This document shows, in pieces, positions 27,456 through 33,864 of a stretch of 64,000 nt of DNA (position 1 is its first letter; every line of letters starts with the position of its first letter). Source of the stretch: Coriobacteriia bacterium. Its GTDB lineage: Bacteria; Actinomycetota; Coriobacteriia; Anaerosomatales; PALSA-660. The notes under the pieces are model-generated. The model did not search any database. It worked only from the letters and a program-made list of their open reading frames with translations, and had not been told where the DNA came from. Both the position numbers and the translations under genes were made by a program. The stretch covers positions 21,246 through 85,245 of the forward strand of contig JANYAK010000033.1 of assembly GCA_025361335.1 (NCBI GenBank), read 5' to 3'.

Positions 27456-28070
27456 CTAGGACTCGTCGACCTTCTTCAGATCCGCCAGAAGCGCGTCGGC
27501 CAGTCGCGTGAACCGCAGATGGGTGGGTGTGCCGGGCCGGACCCCTACGGCCTTCGAGCCGTCGGCAAAGCCGATCTCGACCGGCGCGACGAGGCGGCGC
27601 TCCGGCGGCGCGATGGAACCTGCAGATGTGGGAGCGGCGACGGGTCCGACGGGGAACCCCGTGGGCGCGATCGCCACGGCGGGCGGAAACTCGACCGCAG
27701 GCTCGAGGGCGGCGGGGACCTCGGGTACGAGGACCGTCTCGAGCACGCCCTCGCCCCCCGCGTCCGGCGCCCACGGGAACACGGGTTCCGGCTCCGGCTC
27801 GGGCTCCGGCGCGGCCTCCGGCTCGGGCTCGGGCTCGGGCTCCGGCGCGGCCTCGGGCTCCGGCTCCGGCTCCGGCTCCGGCGCGGCCTCGGGCTCGGGC
27901 TCGGCCGCCGGTGATTCGGGCGCCACCTTGTCGGGTGACAACGCCGCGACCTCGCGGCGTCGCCGCGCGAGCCGGCCTCTGACCTCCCATTGGACGTAGA
28001 AGACGACACAGCCGAGCAGCACTACGGCCGCCGCGAGCAGAACCGTGATCCATATCGCCATGTGGCTCAC
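27456..28070 (-). CDS. Single-pass membrane protein with ([12 protein letters not shown])x3 linker, function unknown
   Basis: 204 aa. N-terminal TM '[22 protein letters not shown]', basic stop-transfer '[10 protein letters not shown]', a Pro/Glu tandem repeat and an ~100-aa C-terminal domain. The start (GTG 28070 or ATG 28061) abuts the GTPase stop. Confidence 0.6.
   Translation of the reverse strand: MSHMAIWITVLLAAAVVLLGCVVFYVQWEVRGRLARRRREVAALSPDKVAPESPAAEPEPEAAPEPEPEPEPEAAPEPEPEPEPEAAPEPEPEPEPVFPWAPDAGGEGVLETVLVPEVPAALEPAVEFPPAVAIAPTGFPVGPVAAPTSAGSIAPPERRLVAPVEIGFADGSKAVGVRPGTPTHLRFTRLADALLADLKKVDES
27802..27909 (-). repeat. In-frame 36-bp tandem repeat x3 (encodes [12 protein letters not shown])
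   Basis: The core 'ggctccggcgcggcctc' recurs at 27802, 27838 and 27874 (36-nt period), embedded in ggctc[cg]gg runs. Confidence 0.8.
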
Positions 28071-28616
28071 TCAGCCCATGCTGTCGAGGATCCGATACAG
28101 GAGGCCCAGCAAGATCCCCTTCACGGATTCCTTGTCGCGTGCATCGACCGGCAGCAGCGGGACGTCCTCGGACAGCCCGAGGCGCCCTCGCAGGGTGCCC
28201 AGCGTCGCCGTGTCCTCCGGCGCGACCTTGTTCGCGGCGACCACGAACGGGACGTCCGACATGCTCGTGAAGAACTCGATCATGGCCACCGCCTCCTCGA
28301 TCGAGTCGGATGACAGGGCATCCACCAGAACGACGAAGCCCAGCATGCCTTCGGAGAGCGTCTCCCACATGAACGAGAACCTCTGTTGCCCCGGGGTGCC
28401 GAACAGGTAGAGCACGACGTCGTCCGAGACAGTGATTCGCCCGAAGTCCATCGCGACGGTGGTCTCGCCGGGCCCCTCGCTCGAAACGTCCGTTATCTGG
28501 CGCTCCGTCGACAGCACCGTGATCTCGCTCACGGCCTTGATGAACGTCGTCTTGCCGGAATTGAAGGGTCCCGTGACCACGACCTTCACTGACTGCATGC
28601 TGGGCGGTGCTCCCAT
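28071..28616 (-). CDS. Small P-loop GTPase, MglA/CvnD-like (COG2229-type ATP/GTP-binding protein)
   Basis: 181 aa. G1 'VTGPFNSGKTT', G2 Thr in 'GETTVAMDFG', G3 'LFGTPGQQRF', G4-like 'AANKVA' in which the Asp of NKxD is replaced by Ala. Alternative start ATG 28598. Confidence 0.8.
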   Translation of the reverse strand: MGAPPSMQSVKVVVTGPFNSGKTTFIKAVSEITVLSTERQITDVSSEGPGETTVAMDFGRITVSDDVVLYLFGTPGQQRFSFMWETLSEGMLGFVVLVDALSSDSIEEAVAMIEFFTSMSDVPFVVAANKVAPEDTATLGTLRGRLGLSEDVPLLPVDARDKESVKGILLGLLYRILDSMG

Positions 28617-28627
28617 CGATCGCCTTG

Positions 28628-30286
28628 CTACAGGTGTCTGACGCCTTCGATGATCTTCATCATGAGTTCTCGGTCGACATGCATGTCGCGGTGCAGCGAC
28701 GCTCCCTCGATCGACGACTCCGGGGACTTCGAGATGCTCGCGGTCGGCCTCGCCCGGCTGTGTCCGCCCCCCGTCAACGCGGTGAGCTCGTCCCCGAGCC
28801 CGGAGGAGAACGACACGTCACCCGCATCGAATTCCGACAGGAAGGCGTCCGTCGAGATGACAGCGTCGGGCGCCTCCCCCGTCGCGGCCGCCTCGCCCGG
28901 CGTCGAGCCGGCGAGAGCCGCGGCCTCGATCTCGGCGATGGTCGGCTCGGGCTGGGCGTCGGACGGCGCGGCGGGCGCCTCTCCGAGTCCGAGAGCCATC
29001 AGGTCGACGGCGAAGTCACCGGTTCTCTCGGGAGCGGAGCCCGGGACCTCGGCGGGCGGGATGACCGAGGCCGGCTCCGAGGCCCGCGGATACCCCGCGG
29101 GCGACTCGACGGCGGTGTGTTCCAGCGTCTCGAGAAGGCCCGCAAGATCGAGCCCCGGGGCCGCCGGAGGGGCGAAGCTGGCGGGCACGTCCGCGGGGGG
29201 CGCGGTCCAAGCGCTCGCGGACGACACGCCGGGCGGCGTCTGTGACTCGAGTCGAGGCTCGACGCTCGGCACGGGCGCCCGTGGCGTTGTCGCCGGTGTC
29301 GCTTGGACAGCCGTGGAAGGATCGAGCACCGCGCCCAGCATCTGCTGGAACACCGCCATGTCGTCGACCGTGGCCGCTCCTTGACCCGCGCTCAGGAAGG
29401 CGGGCTCCTCGGCAACGCGGTCCGGCGCGCCCTCCCGCGGGGCGGACGCGCCGGTCGCCGCCGGAGGAGCGGTGACTTGGACGGCCGCCTCCTGCGCCCT
29501 CCTGAGGCCGTCGGCGGCGATCACCATCTCCGTGGCGGCCCGCTCGGCACGCAGGCGCTGCACCTCGGCTTCGGACGCAACCTCGAGAAGGCCCGCGGAG
29601 AAGAGCCCGTACAGGACGCGGGCGACCTCGAAGTCGGTCCTGTCGAGCTCGCGCGCGAGGTCGGACACCGCTCGCGTCCCATCGATCCTGAGCAGGATGT
29701 TCCACTCGGCGGGCTTCAACGAGATGTCGAACGTGCCTTCGCCCGGCGCGGTGGCCATCTTGAACACGACACCCATCGACGGGATCTTCTTCTTGATGCG
29801 GGTCCATTCCTCGAGGCGCCTCGACCCCTCCATGACGATGTTCTCTATGGAGACGGACAGCCCGATGTCCTCTTCGGGCGCCTCCGCGAGGTCTTCGAAG
29901 TCGAAGTCGCCCTCGTCCCATCGGAACAGATCGAAGATGGTGTCCTGGATCTGCTCCTGAACGAAGGACTCCAGCACCTTGTCGGTCGTGTAGCCCTCGT
30001 CCACGAGGATCTGCCCGAGCCTGCGACCGCCGGGCGGCTCGATGCGCTGCAGGTCGAGCGCCTTGGCCAGCGCGCTGGGGGTTATGCGGCCGCCGGTGAC
30101 CAACCTGGTGCCCAAAGGCTCCCTGTGCCAGTCGGACTGGGCGAAGAACACGTTCCCCTCGCGGAACCACACGCTGCCCTCGGCATCAGCGCGCTTGATG
30201 CGCAGGACTCCCGTCTTCCCGCTCAGAGTCACGAGCTGGAAGACATCCGGCAGGCTGAAGTCCCTGAGGTTGCCGCGTAGTGCCAT
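28628..30286 (-). CDS. DUF4388 (PATAN-like) domain protein with tandem MshEN-like motifs, HTH-like segment and long Ala/Pro-rich tail
   Basis: Track ORF extends to 30388. ATG at 30286 (M35) gives 552 aa starting MALRGNLRDFSLPDVFQLVTLSGKTGVLRIKRADAEGSVWFREGNVFFA, which I recognise as a DUF4388 N-terminus. It is followed by PLGTRLVTGGRITPSALAKALDLQ...RLGQILVDEGYTTDKVLESFVQEQ and then 'ILLRIDGTRAVSDLARELDRTDFEVARVLYGLFSAGLLEV'. Confidence 0.75.
   Translation of the reverse strand: MALRGNLRDFSLPDVFQLVTLSGKTGVLRIKRADAEGSVWFREGNVFFAQSDWHREPLGTRLVTGGRITPSALAKALDLQRIEPPGGRRLGQILVDEGYTTDKVLESFVQEQIQDTIFDLFRWDEGDFDFEDLAEAPEEDIGLSVSIENIVMEGSRRLEEWTRIKKKIPSMGVVFKMATAPGEGTFDISLKPAEWNILLRIDGTRAVSDLARELDRTDFEVARVLYGLFSAGLLEVASEAEVQRLRAERAATEMVIAADGLRRAQEAAVQVTAPPAATGASAPREGAPDRVAEEPAFLSAGQGAATVDDMAVFQQMLGAVLDPSTAVQATPATTPRAPVPSVEPRLESQTPPGVSSASAWTAPPADVPASFAPPAAPGLDLAGLLETLEHTAVESPAGYPRASEPASVIPPAEVPGSAPERTGDFAVDLMALGLGEAPAAPSDAQPEPTIAEIEAAALAGSTPGEAAATGEAPDAVISTDAFLSEFDAGDVSFSSGLGDELTALTGGGHSRARPTASISKSPESSIEGASLHRDMHVDRELMMKIIEGVRHL
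29951..30118 (-). other. Tandem MshEN-like 24-residue motifs inside the DUF4388 protein (possible c-di-GMP-binding module)
   Basis: Residues 57-80 and 89-112 both fit xLGxx[LVI][LVI]xxG..xxxxLxxx[LV]xxQ. See the corresponding finding. Confidence 0.45.
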
Positions 30287-30341
30287 GCTGTACGGTCCCG
30301 CTCTCCCTCTTCGAGCCAGGCGGCTTCGTCGGCCGAGCCGG

Positions 30342-31076
30342 CTAGCGCAGTGTCTCGCCGATCTCGGCGGCGGTCTGCCGCATGTCATAGATGATCAGAC
30401 CCAGCTTGCCGTCGGCATCCGCGAGGACCGTGAGAACGGCCCGGTCCCCGGCCGCCATGAGGAGGACGTATCCATCGGCCCCCTCGATGAACACCTGCGA
30501 CAGATGACCCCGGCCGAGCTCAGCGGCCGCCCGCTCACCGAGTCCGAGGATCGCCGCCGACATCGCGCCGACGCGATCCTCCTGCATGCCTTCCGGGAGA
30601 GCCGACGCCATGGTGAATCCGTCCAAGCTGACCAGAGCCGCCGCCTGGACGCCCGGGGAATGCTCCATGAGAGAGTCCAGGGCCCGCACGAGCCTCTCTT
30701 CGCGGTTGGCCGTCGGGACCACGCTCCCGGGACGCGGAACCGGGCTGACGACCGAGCCTGGGATGGGCGCGGCGGGTTCGGGCGCGACCGGCATGGCAGT
30801 CTGCGTGGTGGGCGCGTAGCTCACGGCCGGCGTGGCCGGCATGTAGCTCGCGGGCGGCACGGCCGGGGTGTACATGGCCGGCGGCGCGACCGGCTCGGCC
30901 GGGGTGTAGCTCACGGCCGGCGCGGCCGGGGTGTAGCTCACGGCCGGCGCGACCGGGGTGTAGCTCACGGCCGGCGCGACCGGCACGACGACCGGAGCGG
31001 CCGAGATGTCGCCGTCTTCGTCGTAACCTTCGTCGACGTCGCTGATGAAGTAATCGCCGATCCCCGCGTCTGTCAT
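30342..31076 (-). CDS. Roadblock/LC7 (MglB-like) domain protein with acidic N-terminus and Pro-rich 9-aa repeats
   Basis: Track ORF extends to 31133. ATG at 31076 (M20) has GGAGGTG 7 nt upstream and gives 244 aa. The C-terminal ~115 aa 'LDSLMEHSPGVQAAALVSLDGFTMASALPEG...AMSAAILGLGERAAAELGRGHLSQVFIEGADGYVLLMAAGDRAVLTVLAD' shows the Roadblock/LC7 pattern. Confidence 0.75.
   Translation of the reverse strand: MTDAGIGDYFISDVDEGYDEDGDISAAPVVVPVAPAVSYTPVAPAVSYTPAAPAVSYTPAEPVAPPAMYTPAVPPASYMPATPAVSYAPTTQTAMPVAPEPAAPIPGSVVSPVPRPGSVVPTANREERLVRALDSLMEHSPGVQAAALVSLDGFTMASALPEGMQEDRVGAMSAAILGLGERAAAELGRGHLSQVFIEGADGYVLLMAAGDRAVLTVLADADGKLGLIIYDMRQTAAEIGETLR
30901..30981 (-). repeat. In-frame 27-bp tandem repeat x3, near-identical (encodes APAVSYTP[VA]); degenerate copies extend to ~30807
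   Basis: ggggtgtagctcacggccggcgcg[ga]cc occurs at 30901, 30928 and 30955, with one mismatch among the three copies. Confidence 0.85.
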
Positions 31077-31131
31077 GCGCGCCGCACCTCCACGGACCGC
31101 GGGCGCGGACAGCGCCCGAAGACATATCGAC

Positions 31132-31155
31132 ACACCTCAGCGCGCGCCGAGGTGT
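31132..31155. terminator. Hairpin between pilB2 and the Roadblock gene; T-tract on the plus-strand side
   Basis: acacctcagcgc/gcgccgaggtgt is an imperfect palindrome. It is followed on the plus strand by ccttttcttc and preceded on the minus strand by gaagaaaagg. Confidence 0.35.
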
Positions 31156-31234
31156 CCTTTTCTTCAGTGTTGCACGACAGGTGGTACGCGACAACAGCCG
31201 CGGACCGCCGTGCGGACGAGGCGCCCGTATGGCG

Positions 31235-32911
31235 TCACACCACCACGCGCATGATCTCCTCGATCGACGTCATGCCGGACTTGACCTTGGCGAACCCGTC
31301 GTCCCTCAAAGTCATCATGCCCTCGGCGACGGCATGGCGACCGAGCTCGTCCGATGAGGCGTGCTCGACCGCGAGCCGCTCGAGCGATTCCGTCATCGTC
31401 ATGACCTCGTGGATCCCCATGCGGCCCTTGTAGCCGATGCCGCCGCACTTCTTGCACCCCTTGGCGCGATACAGCTGGGGCATGTTGCCCGGGTCGTAGG
31501 GGAATCGGATCCTATCGAGCGCCTCAGGCGTGGGCGTGTAGGCCTCCTTGCACGCCGGGCACAACCGGCGTGCAAGACGCTGCGCGAGAACGCAGTTGAC
31601 GGCCGACGCCGACAGGAAGGGCTCGATGCCCATCTCGGTGAGCCGCGTGATCGCGGACGGTGCGTCGTTGGTGTGCAGGGTCGAGAGCACGAGGTGACCG
31701 GTGAGGGCGGCCTCGATCGCGATCGTGGCCGTCTCCTTGTCCCGGATCTCGCCGATCATCACGGTGTCGGGGTCTTGACGCAGGATCGAGCGCAGCGCGG
31801 CGGCGAACGTGAGACCGGCGCGTTCGTGGACCTGCACCTGGCTGAGCCCGTCGAGCCGGTATTCGACCGGGTCTTCGACGGTGATGAGGTTCGTCTTCGG
31901 GTCGTTCGTCTTGTTGATGGCCGCGTAGAGCGTCGTCGACTTGCCCGATCCGGTCGGGCCCGTGACCAGGATGCACCCGTACGGCTTGGTGAGCGCGTCC
32001 ATGAGGCGCTCGAGCGGCTGCTGCAGGAAGCCGAGGTCCTCGAGCGACATCATGATGGAGCTTCTCCGCAAGAGCCGGATGACGCACATCTCCCCCTGCA
32101 CCGTCGGCAGGACCGCCACGCGGAAGTCGACCGGAGCGCCGTCGAGCACGACGCCGAATCGCCCGTCCTGAGGGATGCGCTTCTCGGCGATATCCATTCC
32201 CGAGGCGATCTTCACCCGGCTGATGAGCTGGCGATGCAGCTTCTTCGGGCTCTTGACGACCTCCTGGCACACGCCGTCGATGCGGTACCGGACGCGCAGC
32301 TCGTTCTCCTGGGGCTCGATGTATATGTCGCCTGCGCCCTGGCGGATCGCCTCGGTGATGATGAGGTTCATGAGCTTGGCCACGGCCGACTCCTCGCCGG
32401 ACTCGACCGCCTCCTCCTCGTCGGCGCCTCCCTTGGCCATCGAACCTGTCACGTCGCCGACCATCTCTTCGACGTCGGTCTGCATCGAGGAGTACTTCTC
32501 TATGGCCTGCAGCAGGTCGCTCTCGGTAGCCACGACAGGCCGTATCTCGTAGCCGGTGACGATCCTGAGGTCGTCGATGGCGAAGATGTTGGCCGGGTCC
32601 GACATGGCCACGACGAGCTCTTCATCCTGGAACGCGATCGGCAGGACGCTGTAGCGGCGGCACAGATCGGTGGCCAGCGCCGTCGCCGCATGCGCGTCGA
32701 CCTCGTAGCCGGCGATGTCCACGAAGGACAGCCCCATCTCGTCCGCGACCGCTTGGGCGATCTTGACCTCCGTGGTAAGGCCCAGCTGGACGAGCGATTG
32801 CGACAGAGTGGCGCCCTCGGCGCCCGCCATCGCCTCTTCGAGCTGCGGCTCGGTGATCACGCCGGCCTTCACCAGTATCCTGCCGAGCCGCTTGCCGCTC
32901 GCGGCCGTCAC
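31235..32911 (-). CDS. pilB: Type IV pilus ATPase PilB paralogue 2 (GspE family)
   Basis: Track ORF is 641 aa, and its first 83 codons overlap aroE. GTG at 32911 (V84) overlaps the aroE stop (GTGA) and gives 558 aa. N-terminus 'RLGRILVKAGVITEPQLEEAM', Walker A 'GPTGSGKST', 'MIGEIRD', and tetracysteine 'CPACKEAY...CKKCGGIGYKGR'. Confidence 0.9.
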   Translation of the reverse strand: MTAASGKRLGRILVKAGVITEPQLEEAMAGAEGATLSQSLVQLGLTTEVKIAQAVADEMGLSFVDIAGYEVDAHAATALATDLCRRYSVLPIAFQDEELVVAMSDPANIFAIDDLRIVTGYEIRPVVATESDLLQAIEKYSSMQTDVEEMVGDVTGSMAKGGADEEEAVESGEESAVAKLMNLIITEAIRQGAGDIYIEPQENELRVRYRIDGVCQEVVKSPKKLHRQLISRVKIASGMDIAEKRIPQDGRFGVVLDGAPVDFRVAVLPTVQGEMCVIRLLRRSSIMMSLEDLGFLQQPLERLMDALTKPYGCILVTGPTGSGKSTTLYAAINKTNDPKTNLITVEDPVEYRLDGLSQVQVHERAGLTFAAALRSILRQDPDTVMIGEIRDKETATIAIEAALTGHLVLSTLHTNDAPSAITRLTEMGIEPFLSASAVNCVLAQRLARRLCPACKEAYTPTPEALDRIRFPYDPGNMPQLYRAKGCKKCGGIGYKGRMGIHEVMTMTESLERLAVEHASSDELGRHAVAEGMMTLRDDGFAKVKSGMTSIEEIMRVVV

Positions 32912-33864
32912 GTGACCGCCCCCCTGGGGGCGGCCGCCACGGCAGCACCGAGGGCCTCCGTGGCGGCGGCACGCATGACGTCGCGGGGTGCGACGGCCTG
33001 CGAGCCTTGGTTCCAGATCTCGATCGCGATCGCACCTTGATCGATGAGCATCCCGAGGCCGCCCAACGTGCGTGCGCCGCGTGCGGCGGCGGCGTCCATG
33101 AAAGGCGTGACCGCGGGCCGGTACACCATGTCGGCTACCACCTGTCCGGGCTGGATCCACTCCGGCGGGACCGGCAGTTCGTCGGACGGCGCCATCCCCA
33201 GTGGGGTGGCGTTGATCACCAGATCCGCGGCCTCGACCGCCTCGCGCGCCTTCGGCCCGAGTTCCACCGCCACCGCAACGGTCTGGCGCAGGCTCGACAC
33301 CACGTTGTCGATCATCACCTCGGCCGCATCCAGCCGTCGCCCCGCGATGGTCACGTGCCCCGCGCGCTCCAGCAGTAGGCCCACGAAAGCGGCTCCCGCG
33401 GCGCCGCCCGTCCCGATCACGACAGCGCGCTTCCCCTTCACGTCGAAGTCGGCGTCCTGCCTCAGGGACTCGACGAAGCCGCGACCGTCCGTGTTGTAGC
33501 CGATGAGCCTGCCGTCGTCCACGTGGACCGCGTTCACCGCTCCGGCGAGACGAGCCGCCGTGGCCACCTCATCGCATATGTTGAGCATCAGCCGCTTGTA
33601 CGGCATGGTCACATTGAAGCCGACGAACGGGAGGACCCGGATCGCGGAGGCGACGCGCATCAGATCGCCGCCCGACCGGAGCGGCATCGGGATGTAGACC
33701 CAGTTCAACCCCATGGCCGCGTAGGCGGCGTTGTGTATCGCGGGCGACAGCGTGTGATCCAGCGGCCAGCCGATCACTCCCGCGAGCTTGGTTAGCGGAT
33801 CGATGTGGGGTGGCACGTGGTGCGCCGGCCTTCCTTCGGCCCGAGCGAGCGCGCCCGCCGTCAC
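32908..33864 (-). CDS. aroE: Shikimate dehydrogenase
   Basis: 318 aa. Motifs 'VIGWPLDHTLSPAIHNAAY', 'NVTMPYK' and NADP motif 'VIGTGGAAGAA'. Confidence 0.9.
   Translation of the reverse strand: MTAGALARAEGRPAHHVPPHIDPLTKLAGVIGWPLDHTLSPAIHNAAYAAMGLNWVYIPMPLRSGGDLMRVASAIRVLPFVGFNVTMPYKRLMLNICDEVATAARLAGAVNAVHVDDGRLIGYNTDGRGFVESLRQDADFDVKGKRAVVIGTGGAAGAAFVGLLLERAGHVTIAGRRLDAAEVMIDNVVSSLRQTVAVAVELGPKAREAVEAADLVINATPLGMAPSDELPVPPEWIQPGQVVADMVYRPAVTPFMDAAAARGARTLGGLGMLIDQGAIAIEIWNQGSQAVAPRDVMRAAATEALGAAVAAAPRGAVT

Noticed and set aside
27780-27910. The regular short repeats could suggest a CRISPR array.
   Set aside because: The 36-bp period has no unique spacers. It is entirely in-frame inside a CDS (a PE-rich linker), and no cas genes are present. 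The same reasoning applies to the 27-bp repeat at 30.9 kb.
27307-28368. The ORF track extends PilB1 to a 911-aa protein starting at 28368.
   Set aside because: The extra 354 codons are Arg/Gly/Ala/Pro-rich junk typical of out-of-frame high-GC sequence. They run across the better-supported GTPase and membrane-protein genes in another frame. A GTG with an upstream GAAGAGGTG at 27306 gives a canonical 557-aa PilB.
15428-32911. The pilus cluster as a mobile genomic island.
   Set aside because: I found no integrase, transposase, tRNA attachment site or flanking direct repeats. The upstream junction is a translational overlap with aroE. The lower GC is confined to the pilin and minor-pilin genes, which is better explained by selection on surface proteins or local replacement.
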